The translations under genes were made by a program, and so were the position numbers. The notes beneath the pieces were generated by a model that was given only the letters and a program-made list of their open reading frames with translations, did no database searches and was not told the DNA's origin. Below, one piece after another: positions 1 to 16,411 of a stretch of 64,000 bases of DNA. Numbering within the stretch: position 1 is the stretch's first letter; the number at the start of each line of letters is the position of its first letter. The stretch lies in NCBI RefSeq assembly GCF_009914755.1, contig NC_060934.1. One strand, 5' to 3'. This stretch comes from the human T2T-CHM13v2.0 reference genome, Homo sapiens.

Positions 1-1179
1 AGTCTAACCTATAAATCACAAACTTTTAGATTAGCATGAAATCACACATCTTAGTAATCAAGAAGTTCTGTTGGGAGTGGGAAGAATAAAGTTATTTGTA
101 AGTATATGGGTGTAGCCATAGAATTTGGAGAAATTCCTTTAAAACTGCATTAAATAATTATGCAACAATGATTTGTATGCTTGTGGGTTTAATATCAGGT
201 TCTGCTACTGTATGTGAATTCAGTTTAAGTGGGTAAAGACGGTTATCTCTTCAAGATTCTTTTCTCTAGTTTGCATCTTTTTTTTTATCTTGTTGATTTT
301 ATTGGCAGCACTTAAAGAGCAAGGTTAGATAATATTGGAGACAGTGGGCTTTCATTCTCATGCCTTTGAAACCACTGAACTCATTTTTGCCTTCACCCAT
401 ATCTCTAATGGTTCATTTCTTCATATTTACCTGCCTGCCTGGGCTATGATCGGCCACATAAGATCTCACTTCACTAACACATGGCTACTAGCATTCTAGT
501 GTGTTCATGCCACAGCAGCTTTGCAGTCTTCATGTTGCTTTCACTACCGGAGTTTCTGTTAGAAATTCATGAATGTTAAAATTTATACAGAGGTACAAAT
601 GTATCAACTTAATGTGGGGGATTATGGCCAGTAATTCCCCCTTCATCTCTTATTTTTTATTACCCTTCTTACACATTTGCCCCTGGATTTGTGTCTTTAG
701 TCTTAGAAAGTGATTTTACCTCCCATTCTGAGATTTATTTTTTAATGTGGAAACTGCATCATCTTCTCAGAATCTGAAATCTCAAATTCTGAGATTAAAA
801 TCTTCATTATCTTTCTGTCCCGTGTTCCCGCTCCCTCCTATCTTCATAGTCTCCTTTTATTTTCTGAAAATAATCCCTGTTATATATTTGCTTTCTGTTC
901 CATCTTTCCCTCTTTCTGTCTCTTAGATTTCTCTGTTATATTGATTTTTTTCCCCAGAAAACTTCATGTGTTTCTCCCAGTGGGATTTTATGTCACTTTT
1001 AATTTATTGTCAGATGGTTTAGCAACAAATACATAGATGCAAAGCAAATGTGTCAATATTTTAACAGTTGGTAAATATAGGTGAAGGGTATATTGTTGTT
1101 CATTGTAGTATTCTTTTGATACTTCTATTTGAAGAAATGTTTCAAGATAAAGAGGTTGGAAACTTAATAATATTATAGT

Positions 1180-1400
1180 AAGTCATTTTTATTTAATATT
1201 TACTATATATTATGTATTAGTCCAAGCACTTTAACATATATTACCTCATTTAAGTCTTATACTAACCTAAGGAGACAAGTATTGTTATTTTGCCCATTTT
1301 ATAGATTAGGAAATGAAGCATAGAGGGATTTGGTAACTTGCCCTGTGTGTTGTGTGGCTAGTAAGTGGCAGCTGAATTTGGACTCAGATCATCTATGCAG
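1180..1400 (-). mobile_element. MIR relic (similar MIR-like remnants near 5400-5590, 10900-11540, 15920-16080, 36540-36690, 45700-45850)
   Basis: cccattttatagattaggaaatgaagcatagagg..taacttgccc core. Confidence 0.6.
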
Positions 1401-2551
1401 ATAATATTAAAATTAATAAGATATGGCTCTGTTTTCAAAGGGCTTACAATCCAATTAGAGTTGAAAAGTATATAGGTTTCTTTATGCTGTGAAACAAATT
1501 AAGGATCATAAAATGATAGTTTTATCTAGTTGAGGGGATCAGGAAGGGCTTCTGAAGAAAGTAGCATTTCAGTACTAAGAGAAAATACAGGGTTAATTTT
1601 GAATCTCACGGTGGAGGTATTTGAAATGCAACCTAAGGCATATAAACTTTGTTCAATGAGCAGTAGAGAACATTGAGAGTTAAAGAAACTATGGCCCAAA
1701 GATAATAAATATTTTCAACAGCTAGTTACTGTCAGATAGGATTTAAACCTAAATCTGAGGTGAGAGGTGGCTATTGTGGCTTTTCTAGATGTCAGTTCTT
1801 TGTTTCAGTTAGTGAACAAGACTTGTTGACTCTTCCTTAAAACATTTTAAATTTATTAGTTCCATGCATTTGGATCACATTTATGTCAATATATGTCCAT
1901 ATTCCATACCTGATTCTCATGGCGTAGCCTGCAGACCAGTCTCCTTCAGTGTATTCCCTTTCTAATGCTCTCTCACTTGACAAAATAAGAAGTACCTTTT
2001 AATTTGATTATTAGCTATTCAGATTATAGTTCTAAAGCAGTGCTTTTGTCATGTGACAGCTACAGAATTTTAGAATCTTGGAGATATAAGCTTTTAAAAA
2101 AAATTCTAGTGGGTAAAATACATGTTCCTTACCCATTCAGTGCAAAAAAAAAAAAAAAAACAAGAACAACAAAAAAATAAATAACCAAAAAAACCAAAAA
2201 CTCAGATGCAAAGGAAAAGAGTACACAGTTCATTCCTTCATAGAGTTTGTAATTTGGCCTGAATTGCAAACAACGTATACTGTAATAAATACTATAATGG
2301 GACACAGTACAGGTCGCTATAAAAACACCTGTGGAAGTGCCAAGTCCTGCCTTAGGGGATTTAAGGAAGTGTTCTCTGAAGTAGTGTCAGCTGATTTAAG
2401 ATGAAGAGGAATTATCTAGATCAAGTGTGCACAGTGGAGGGCAGAATGGAGAGACTGACAAAGACTACTCAGAGGTTGTGGGTTTGGAGATGAGATTGTA
2501 GGATGCTTTGGGAATCTCAGGTAATTAGGTATGAATTAAGAAGTCACTCTG

Positions 2552-3225
<674 letters not shown>

Positions 3226-3628
3226 TCAGGCTGTCTGTGGCATCATAAAATCAACAGTTTGTAAATTTCTAAAAATCTTTTTCTTGGGTTAAAAGAAAGT
3301 TGGGCCTGAAGTACTTAATGAGAAGTAGTTTCAGAGAAAAATAATCTTGTAAAAATCGACCTCATACTGAATATTTGAGAATTCAGAGATGTGGGAATAT
3401 TTGTTAAAAGCTAGAAAATTTGGTAGAAACCATATTTCTACGTTTTCAATATGGTTGAAATTTAATGCGTTGGAATTTTTGCACATTTAATGCATTATGA
3501 ATTTAATTTTAATCTTGATTTTAAAATAGCCATTATATTGGAGATAATATTTTTTCAATGTCTTATTTCTTGAAATTTTGCTAGAAGTTGAAGACCAGCC
3601 TGAGCAACCCGTCTCTACTTACTAACTA

Positions 3629-4046
<418 letters not shown>

Positions 4047-4218
4047 TTAAGAACCAACTGGAATTAAGGTAGCAATTTTTAAATTGCTATAACTATGACT
4101 TCTGGTTAAAATATTTTGCTTTTTACTCCCATGAAACACATTACTTTTATTTTTTTCCTTATTCAGCATGTATGTTATTGTATGAAACTGAAGGGAAATG
4201 TAAAAAATTTTAGAGTAG

Positions 4219-4421
<203 letters not shown>

Positions 4422-5019
4422 GAGAGTAGATTTTTTTAATGCACTGTAAGATTAGGAAATATGCGGTATATATAAAACTTTTATAAAAGCTTAAGTAACC
4501 TTTACTGGAAAATATGCTTTATTAGTAATATAAAAACAAAAAATTCATCTTAACTGCCTGTTGAGACTTTCAAGAAATGGGAGTCCAAGGATGTATACAA
4601 ACTGAGAGTTAATGTTGGTAGCATCGTTATGGGGCTAAAAAAGGTGTGCAATTTAAGAAGTTAAACAAAGTTAAAAACTAATGAACAACAGTCAGTGCAG
4701 AAAAGGAAGAATAAGTTTAACTTTTTCACATAAAGTCTTTCCAGAGTATTGTTTCTATTCCGGTGCCTAAAGAAGGTTTATTCTTCCAGTATGTAAAATA
4801 CACAAAAGATGGGGGATACAGAAGATAATTGTTTTAATAAACTACAGCTGATTGCGCCTTTTGTGGAAACACATCAGTGACTGAGGTGAGTGGAAGTCAG
4901 AGCCATGGTGATAATGATAAGTGATTTGTAATAATCACTGCAATAATTTCATTATCTTTATTTCTTTCTGAAATTGTATTGTATATCTTTTCCCTCCACC
5001 TTCTTCCCTGCCCTTCCAG

Positions 5020-5215
5020 AGGCTCTCCCTATAGAGAATCTCCTTTGGGTCATTTTGAAAGCTATGGAGGGATGCCCTTTTTCCAGGCTCAGAAGATGTT
5101 TGTTGATGTACCAGAAAATACAGTGATACTGGATGAGATGACCCTTCGGCACATGGTTCAGGATTGCACTGCTGTAAAAACTCAGTTACTCAAACTGAAA
5201 CGTCTCCTGCATCAG
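5020..5215 (+). CDS. CCSER2: CCSER2 internal coding exon A (196 nt, phase 2 to phase 0): GSPYRESPLGHFESYGGMPFFQAQKMFVDVPENTVILDEMTLRHMVQDCTAVKTQLLKLKRLLHQ
   Basis: Long polypyrimidine tract ending ccttccAG at 5019; donor CAG|GTGAGT at 5215/5216; frame matches ORF 4979..5227; peptide recognised as the CCSER1/2 conserved 'QDCTAVKTQLLKLKRLL' segment. Confidence 0.92.
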
Positions 5216-8200
5216 GTGAGTACATAATGAACATTTCCAGCTCTGATATTTTGAATTGCAAAATGGATTGACTTTAGTTTTTTTTAAAAAAATACTTACT
5301 GGGTTTCTCATGTCTTTTTAGATTTCTGTAGAATAATGCTTGTAAATAGTATATAGTAGAAAGTTTTGTGGAAAAAACCTGTGGGATATTGCATGAGGGT
5401 CTCATTACACAGTCCCTGGTATTTATGAGTTGTGTGATATTTGGTAAGCCAATCTCTGCTTCTGTTTCTTCATTTTCATAATACCTACATTATAAGGTTG
5501 TTGAGAGAATTAGAAATAATAGTTGTAAATTGGCTAATCCAATGCCTGAAACATAGGCATTCAGTATTCAGTGGGCTGCTACTATGATTTCAGCTAAGTG
5601 ACAAATAAGAAACAACAATTTTTGCTTTACATAATGATAGTCATATAATTCAGTTTTTGTTTGGGATCTTCAAGTTTAATCTTCTCCTGTTTTTTTTTTT
5701 CTTTTCTTTTTTTTTTTTTGAGAAAATCTAGACTCATAGCAGTGATGTCACTTGTCCAAAGCCACAGGATAACCTGATGTTGGATCCTGGCATCTGATTC
5801 AGTAGTATTTACTTTGTTTTAGCACTTACAGACAAGGTCAGATGTATAGCAGAAAATCAAGGAATAAAATACTAATTTTAAGTCATAGATACCTTTCGTT
5901 TGGTTTTAAATCTGTATTTGTACTTTGTAGAATAGCCAACTTTAGCTTAAAACTACAGTTAAGAAAGAACAGCCTGACTTCTCTCTGCTGCTCAGTTTGC
6001 TTTCTGTCTTAGAATTCCTGGTGGCCATCAAAACAAAACATGCAGTATATGCACACGAAAGGCTAGTTGAAGTGAAATTTGGCTCCTGTGTTAGAAATGA
6101 TGGTTAATGTAAATATTCTGTTAAAGTCAGGTAAATTGTTTTCTGTTACTCAGGGATCTTCTGTACTACTTCTCTCCATTCTTGTGGATATTTGACTACT
6201 GTTTTGAAAAGAAACTTTTTTGAGCTAAGGAACAAAAGAGTGGAGAATCCTTTTTGGATATGAGATTGTTAACTTCTCTTGAGGCAGAAATAAATTATAT
6301 GATTGAATTATCCAGACATTGAGCTTACAGCCTAGTTCAACTGTAACTAGAAAATAGGCATTGGTATATAGTGTTTTTCTGTTGGCTGGTCTGGGGAGAT
6401 GATTTTTTGATTAGGAGTTTTAGTGTCAAAGGGAAGAGGTGGTAGGGAATGGTGGGAAATAGGTAAAATATGTCAAATATCCACTGTGAGCCAGTCATTG
6501 TACTAGCTGTACCACGTACCATCTTTTGTGTTTGGGTGTTTTGCCCTGAATCATGAAGCTTGACTAAATAGCAGCTAATAAGACCAGGCCACCTCTAATA
6601 ATGAAAAAAGTAGCATAATTCAGGTAGTAGTAGGTGAATTGGTAACCAATGATTGGTACCATAAAAATAAAAAAGTGTTTTTTGAGGTTCTTTGTGTAAA
6701 GTTGTAAATCTCTTAATGGTTCTTTTCTGTCATTATGGCCTCTGAACTCTTAGGTACTACACACGGGTAAAATTGACTTTATTTTTTGTTTATGTGATGA
6801 CAGCAAAATTATGAGAAGAAAATTGCAAAATCTTTGTAGGTCATCTTTAAAGTTTCCCAAATGCTAATAGAAGTTAAAAGATGACTGAGTTCAAAATTTC
6901 ATGTCATTGCCTCTTTAAATTTGTTTCTAATGTGACTGAATTTAAAAAAAACAATGTGATACGTATATATAGTTTTCAAAAAAATTCATACACTATTCGA
7001 AGGCTTAATGAAAAAAACAGTATGTCTGGCCCCCTCCCCACCTCAGTCAACCTGTTCTCATCTGAACAGGTTACTGTCCAAAGCTTCTCTAGAGCTGTCA
7101 TGCAGGGACTTACTTTTGCCATAATCTGGGACTGGATCCATTCTTTCGATAGCATGTCTTCTTTCTTCCTAGTTTATTCTCTCACTTTGCTGGAATATAT
7201 CTTTAATTTACTTCCTAAGAGAGGATTAATGAATGGCACACTGTTTTAGTTACTTCATTACTGAAAATCTCTTTATCCTGGTCTCACATTTGATTGATAT
7301 TAATAAGTTTGGTTGGTATGAAATAGTTTCGTTGTAATAGAAGAGAGTTTTCCCTTAGAAATTTGAGGGCATTGCTTTTCTAGGATCTTATTTAGCCGTT
7401 GAACAGTCTACTACATTCTGATCCATTGTACATTGTGTTTTGCCTGTTTTTATCTCTGGAATATTTTTAATCTTTTATTTCTAGCATTCTGCAGTTTCAC
7501 AGTAATGTCCTTGGACTTGAGTTTTGTTGTAGTTGGTTGGTTGGTTTCCACTTGATGTTTTGGCATTTAGTAGGCTCTTTGGAGATTAATGTAGTGTGAA
7601 ATGTTCTTGTTATTTCTGTGATTATTCTCTTTCCTTTATTTTATCTGTTATCTTTCTGGAATCTTTAGTAATCAGAAACTAGAATTTCTGAATTGAATCT
7701 CCTTACCTTTTTATTTTTTGTTATACGTTTTTCTTTTTCTTTGGGTTTGGTTATGTTTCCTGGTATATTTTCTCGACTTGATATTCCAGCTGTCTGTTTT
7801 TATTTAACTGTTTATCTTGGCAATCATATTTTCAATTTCCAAGAACTTTTGTGTGTACTATTCCTTATTCATATCATTCAACTGTTTTTTCAGGAACTAT
7901 GGTAAGTAGAGAGTTTCTGTTTGTTTTGTTTCATTTTATTGAGAATTCTTTGGTTCCCTGTATTCTTTCTCTTTTTAAATGGTCATTTTGTTTTTTATGC
8001 TTATTTTGATTTCTCTTTCTTCTGGAATATTTATTCAAATTTATAATGATTCTTTGTTGTTTATTCAGGACTTTGTACATGGCCATGCCTGTCAACTGGC
8101 TGGTTTTACTTTATGGCATTGTGTGGATATCAGTGGACCCTCAGCATCTACTGAGTGAAGGTTTTTTCCTTCAGAGGTGGTTGTAATTTATCCAAAGAAG

Positions 8201-8230
8201 AAACCTGATTTTATGCTGGGAATAAAGTAG

Positions 8231-8571
<341 letters not shown>

Positions 8572-9233
8572 AAATGTTAGTTTCTTACACAGACTTTCAA
8601 TTCATTCCCACATTTTTAACCTTAAGGGGTCATAAATGTATGTTTTTCTCTTTCTGGCAAAATGGGTGATAATGAGAACAAGACAAATTCAGAAGGTTGG
8701 ACATTCAGTAAGAAAAGTTGAGATCTCTTTGGCTTCTTAGTGTCCTAAAAAGATGGTGGGGGAAGGTGATGGTGCTACATTAAAAAAAATGTAAAGGACA
8801 AGTAGATACAGTGTGAAATTTTGAATTGTATATTGATTTGGACAGATCAGCTATAAAGGACATCTTGGATTAGTTGGGGAAATTTGAACATAGGCTGTAT
8901 ATTAGATGAGATGGAAATTTACTAAAATGGAAAGGGGAGATTGTTGACTGAAAAAAGTAGGTTATAAGGCTGTATGTATATTATGATCATTTATCTATCT
9001 ATATCTACATCTGTATATTTCTCCAGAGGGATATGCTCTAAGGTGTTACTAGTGATGATTCCTGGATGGTAAGAATGTAATTTCTTTTTTGTGTGTTTTT
9101 TAAAAAATCTCTTTTCTCATTTCTAATTCTCCACGAATTATTGTTTCTGGGGGGAAGAAAAGGTTTTTTAAAAGGTATGTGCCTTATCCAGTGATCAGTT
9201 AATTAACTGGATATGTTAAAAATGTAGTATGCT

Positions 9234-10667
9234 CACACTGCCTGACTCCAAACTATATTACAAGGCTACAGTAACCAAAACAGCATGGTGCTGGTACCAA
9301 AACAGATATATAGACCAATGGAACAGAACAGAAATAATGCCACACATTTACATTTACACACATTTACAACCATCTGACCTTTGACAAACCTGACAAAAAC
9401 AAGCAATGGGGAAAGGATTCCCTATTTAATAAATGGTGTTGGGAAAACTGGCTAGCCATATGCAGAAAACTGAAACTGGACCCCTTCCTTACACCTTATA
9501 CAAAAATTAACTCGAGATGGATTAAAGACTTAATTATAAGACCTAAAACCTTAAAAACTCTAGAAGAAAACCTAGGAAATACCATTCAGGACATAGACAT
9601 GGGCAAAGACATCACGACTAAAACACCAAAAGCGATGGCAGCAAAAGCCAAAATTGACAAATGGGATCTAATTAAACTAAAGAACTTCTGCACAGCAAAA
9701 GAAACTACCATCAGAGTGAAGAGGCAACCTAGAGAATGGGAGAAAATTTTTGCAATCTGTCCATCTGACAAAGGTCTAATATCCAGAATCTACAAGGAAC
9801 TTAAACAGATTTACAAGAAAAAAAACAACCCCATCAAAAAGTGGGCAAAGGATATGAACAGACACTTCTCGAAAGAAGACAATTATGCAGCCAACAAACA
9901 TGAAAAAAAGCTCATCATCACTGGTCATTAAAGAAATGCAAATTAAAACCACAATGAGATACCATCTCATGCCAGTTAAAATGGCGATCATTAAAAGTCA
10001 GGAGACAACAGGTGCTGGAGAGGATGTGGAGAAATAGGAACACTTTTACACTGTTGGTGGGAGTGTAAATTAGTTCAACCATTGTGGAAGACAGTGTAGC
10101 GATTCCTCAAGGATCTAGAACCAGAAATACCATTTGATCCCGCAATCCCATTACTGGTTATATACCCAAAGGATTATAAATCATTTTACTATAAAGACAC
10201 ATGCACACGTATGTTTATTGCAGCACTGTTCACAATAGCAAAGACTTGGAACCAGCCCACATGCCCATCAATGATAGACTGGATAAAGAAAATGTGGCAT
10301 ATATACACCATGGAATACTGTGCAGCCACAAAAAAGGATGAGTTCATGTCCTTTGCAGGGACATAGATAGAGCTGGAAACCATCATTCTTAGCAAGCTAA
10401 TACTGGAACAGAAAACCAAACACTGCATGTTCTTACTCATAAGTGGGAGTTTAACAGTGAGAACACATGGACACAGGGAGGGGAACATCACACACCAGGG
10501 CCTGTCGGGGGGTAGGGGGCTGGGGGAGGATAGCATTAGGAGAAATACCTAACGTAGATGACAGGTCAATGGGTGTAGCAAACCGCTATGGCACATGTAT
10601 ACCAGTGTAACAAACCTGCACATTCTGCACATGTATCCCAGAAGTTAAAGTATAATAATAATAAAAA
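9234..10667 (+). mobile_element. 5'-truncated L1 (L1PA7-like): ORF2 C-terminus plus 3'UTR, sense to CCSER2
   Basis: ORF2 peptide ..[11 protein letters not shown]..; 3'UTR with G-rich tract and AATAAA-poly(A); TSD aaaaatgtag(t/g)atgct 9218-9233/10668-10683. Confidence 0.9.
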
Positions 10668-11621
10668 AAAAATGTAGGATGCTAGAGAAGAGGCAGAAGA
10701 CATAGATAGATTTAGGGCAGGTTGTCAAGGACCTTGTGTGCCATAAAGGTAGCTGGGGCATTGTTCTGTTGGTAGTAGTAAGCCAAACAAGCGACTTGGC
10801 CAAATTGTTATTTTTTTAAAAAAATTACTGTAAGGGATATGTAGAAAATGAATAGCAGAGGGAGTGACTTAAGTCATAATATTTAGGAGGCTGTTGCATC
10901 CATTCAAATTTTAGGCTAAAGTTGTTAAATTTATTTGGACATTCTTCTAGGTTCTCTGATATACATTATCTCTAGTCTGAAAAGTAGGTAATATTGGCTT
11001 CACCCTCATAGCTGGAAAGGGTGAGGCTCAGAAAACTAATTAGTGATACAACCAGGATTTTTTTTTAACCCTAATCTATATGACTCCAAGGCCTGTTGCA
11101 CACAGTGGTGTTCTAGAAGATACCTTGAGGGACAGCAGGGAGAAGAGAGTGTGAAGGAAACATACAACACTAATTCTACCATCATTCTGTGTCCCCTTAG
11201 CCAAACCCAAGCAAAGGAATCTTTGTTTTATTAAATAGTACTGTTTAAGAGTTCACTTGAAAAAAGTTCTCCCTGCACACAAAATTTTAAAAAATTGTAA
11301 ACCATTATATTTGGCCTTTGATCTTTTATTTGTGGTTTTACTCAAATTAAGATTACTTTATAGTTTAAGCATCTCTTTTGTGTACCTCATTCTACTCATC
11401 ACAACATCATTATGGGATAAGAATGACAACAGTAGTAATTCCATTTTAATGGTCAGAAAACTAAGACTGAAATTTAATTGTGCTTTGCAAGATCACCCAG
11501 TTGCATATTAATGTAGAGTGCATTTTAAACTCAGGGCTTTTTAATTATTTTAGCTTAATACCTCTGTATAGTTTATTGCCTGATTTAGAAATTTTGAATA
11601 AGAATTTTGACCCTGACATGA

Positions 11622-11968
<347 letters not shown>

Positions 11969-14322
11969 GGTATCTCTTTAAGTCTCTATACCCTGTTTCA
12001 AAAACTTCTTAACAAAGTGTAATATACATACAGAAAAGGGTATAATTAATAAGTATTTATCTTAATGAATTTTCAGAAACTGAAAATACCTGTGTAGCCA
12101 GCATCTAGCAAGAAATGAAACATTACCAGAACAGAATCCTCTGCTTGCCCATTCTCATGGTGGCCAATGGATTTCTGAAAATATAGATGAATTTGTCTGT
12201 ATTTGAACTTTGAAATGAAATGAAATAATATAGGATATACTTGTTTTATATCTGGCTTCTTTTGCTTAATATTATATTCATGAGTCATCCATTTTCTGCA
12301 TCATTCTCATTGCTGTAGAGTATTCCATTGTGTTAATATGGCACAGTTTATTTCATTTGTTCTATAATAGATATTTGGACAGGTTTCCTTTTTTGTTGTT
12401 TATTATGAACAGTTTTGCTGCTGTATTCTAGTATGTGTCTTTTGGTGAACATATGTATGCATTTTTATTGTATTTATACCTGTAAGTGGGATTGCTGGGT
12501 TAATTATAAGTTGGGTAAATATTCAGCTTTAGTAGATACTACAAAGGTTTTCTAAAGTAGTTATACCTACCCACTCTTTCCCTTTCTCATTTCTTTTCAT
12601 TATTTTTTGTTTGCTCTTATCATATCACAGTCATCATCTGTTTTGACCTTGCGATAAGAAATGAAGAATTTAAGATGGAGTAATGGAAAGGCATGATGAT
12701 ACCTCTTCCTAACATTTTATTTGCATTGCAAAATATTTGATTCCTATGATTTATATTATGTCTACTTCAGGATGCTTGTTTTGGGGATAAAAATAAAGGA
12801 GTATATAATAGTATTTTATGAACTGTCAAATGTGATATACAAATGTTTAGTTTCATTATTCCCTCCCCTCCAACGTTGAGAATAAAACCAATAATTTTTC
12901 CCTCACATAATTCTCCGATTCACTGTGTGTGGGGGCAGTGGGTGTAGTGGCAGTGGTAGGTGGTGGAATGTTAGTGGCATCATCCTAAGTGGGGTTCACC
13001 AAGAGCTAAGAGGCTACTGAATGATTTCCACTTGGTAGCAAAGAACCAAAGAAGAGCCAGAGCATGCCTGTTTCCCTATCCCCATATTTCTCTCATCACT
13101 CCAGGAAAAAAAGGAGTTTATGAAATATTCATAATAAGAATATATACAACATAAGGGTTCAGTTTAACTTAGAATGTGAAGGAGCTTGTACTCTTACCCA
13201 CCCAGATTAAGAAATAAGACATTAATAAGCTCCCTGTATGCTCCTTCCTGATTGCAGTACCTTTCCTTTCCAGAACCTAGAGTTTTCCCTTGTTTTTCCT
13301 CTCATTTTTACCATCTGTGTTTGTATTTCCGTGAATATAAGGTTTGCCTCTTTTTTAACTTTATATAAGTGAAATTATAATGTGAGTATTCCTCTATGGC
13401 TTCTTTCATTCAACTTTTTTTTAAGGTTCATTCATGTTTGGCTCTACTTCATTAATTTTCGTTTCTCTATTGGTGCTCCAATCTATGAACGAAACATAAT
13501 ATCTTTGTCTGTTTTACTCTTGATGTCCATTTTGTTTGTTTCCAGTTTTTTTTTTTTTGACTCTGACAAATAATATTCCTATGAACATTTTCCCGGTACA
13601 ACCGTGAGAAAGTTCCTCTGAAGTATCTAATTAGAATTGGAATTTCTGAGTCCTGAAGCATGGAAATAGTTTACCCTAGAAAAACCAAACTGTTTTCCAA
13701 AGTAGTTCAGTCTTTTTTACTCCCCTCAAGTAGTAGATGTTGTTTTTCATTGTTTCACATGTGTGCAAACTTGATAATACCCAACTTACGAATTTGTGTC
13801 ATATGGATAGAATATAGTGACATTTAATTGTGGTTTTAATTTACATTTCCCTGATTGCTAATAAAGTTGAACCTTTTTGTATGTTTATGGAATGTTTGTT
13901 GCCCGATCATATGTTTTGTGTGTATGAGAGCGAGATTTTTGTATATTCTAGATGCAAGTACTTTGTTAGTTATATGTGTTGCAAATATTATCTTCCATTG
14001 TGTAGAGTGTTTTTTCACTGTCTGATATCCTTTGATGAAAAAAAGTTCTTGGTTTTAATACAGTGAATTTATCAGACTTTTTTCTTTGTGGTTTGCACTT
14101 TTAGAAATCCTTGTTTGAAAATCCTTTCTTGCTCTGAGGCCATAAAAATATTCTATTCTTTTCTAAAAAATTAAGAATTTTGACCTTCACAATTAAATCT
14201 CAAATAACTTGGAATTGATTTTGGTGCATTTAAAGTATGAGGTAGAGGTCCACTTTTATTTGTTTTTATCTGTGGGTGATCAGTGGATGGATTCAGGGCT
14301 TAAAGTGTGAAGAGTTCGTTTC

Positions 14323-14482
14323 TTTTGTTTTGTTTTGTTTTTTGCAACAGAGTGTTGCTGTGTCACCCAGGCTGGGCAGTGGTGCAGTGTCGGCTTACTG
14401 CAGCCTCGACCTCCTGGGCTCAACCGATCCTCCCAAGTAGCTGGGACTATAGGTATGCCCCACCATACCCGGCTATTTTTGT
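14323..14482 (-). mobile_element. AluJ/FRAM-like monomer
   Basis: cacccaggctgg..cctcgacctcctgggctcaa..gtagctgggacta. Confidence 0.75.
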
Positions 14483-15598
14483 TATCCTGCTAAGATTCTG
14501 AATCCTTATGCATGGCTGCTCCCACTCTTCCGTGTACCCTTTTCTCATACTACTCCAGCTCTGACTGCTTGTCAGCCCATTGGACTCTGATACTCCACAC
14601 CAATCCCCATCTCCAGATGGACGCCTTCTCACTCTGCTTGGCCTGACACTGCACATCAGTTGAGTCTACGCATGGATGCCCTCCTTACCCATTTTGGATC
14701 TGAAACCTGGCATTGAGCCCTTTACTCATTGTCATGCCTGAGCTCTGGCAGTCTTTGCCAGGCCATCCTGTGTGTGGATATTCACCTCACTCTTCTTTGA
14801 CTCTGATAGCCCATGCCAGGCTGCTGATTATGCACATACACTCTATTCTTTCCACTTAAGTTTGACTCTAATATCAAGCTGTTTCCCCACCCCTCATGGA
14901 TACTGTTTTCACTCCTTTTGGGATATGGCATATATTGGTAAGCTGCCTCCCTATGGAGACATGCTCTTTCAACCTACTTAGGCTCTGAAACTTCCTGCTG
15001 GGCTTTTGGGGTGGAAACCTATTTTGCTCTGACTTACCTAATGGCTTGTTAAGAAAGGAATAGGAAGGTGAAGAGGAGAATTTAAAAAAAGTATCAACTT
15101 TATTGAGACAGAATGTACATTCAAATAAACTGCACCCATTTTAAGTGTACAGTTTGTTTTGATGAATATATGCAATTGTGTAATTACCACCACATTCAAG
15201 ATATAGACCATTTCTGTACTGATAAAGTTCCTTCATTTCCCTTTGCAGTCAGTTCTTTCTCAAACCCGGCCCAGGCAACCACTATTCTGCTTTTGGTTCT
15301 AAAGTTTTATCTTTCTTAGAATTTCATCAAAATGGAACCATTTGTTGTGTACTCTTTTTGTTTCTGAATTTTTTTACTCGCCTTAATGGTTTTGATATTC
15401 ATCTGTGTTTTGCTAGTATCAGTAGTTCATTTCTTTTTATTGCTGAGTAGACTCCATTCTACATATATGTACCACAATTTGACTTTTATCAATTTATCTG
15501 TTGATAGACATTCAGGTTGTTTTTAGTTGTGGAATAATTGGGATAATGCTGAATCTCTACGTTTCAATGATGAAAGTTAATAGGAATAAATGTAATTA

Positions 15599-15934
<336 letters not shown>

Positions 15935-16087
15935 TCAGGCAAATTTTCCTACTTGTACGATGTTGGAAAAGTTGCTTAAACTCTCTGTGCTGCAGTTTCC
16001 TAGAAAAGATAATAGAATGTAATAGCTCTTACTTCAGGACTGTTGTGAAGAATGCATGAGGCAATTCCCATAAAATGCTAACGTAGG

Positions 16088-16411
<324 letters not shown>

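Noticed and set aside
14500-15000. CRISPR-like repeat/spacer array
   Set aside because: Eukaryotic context, highly degenerate units and no cas genes
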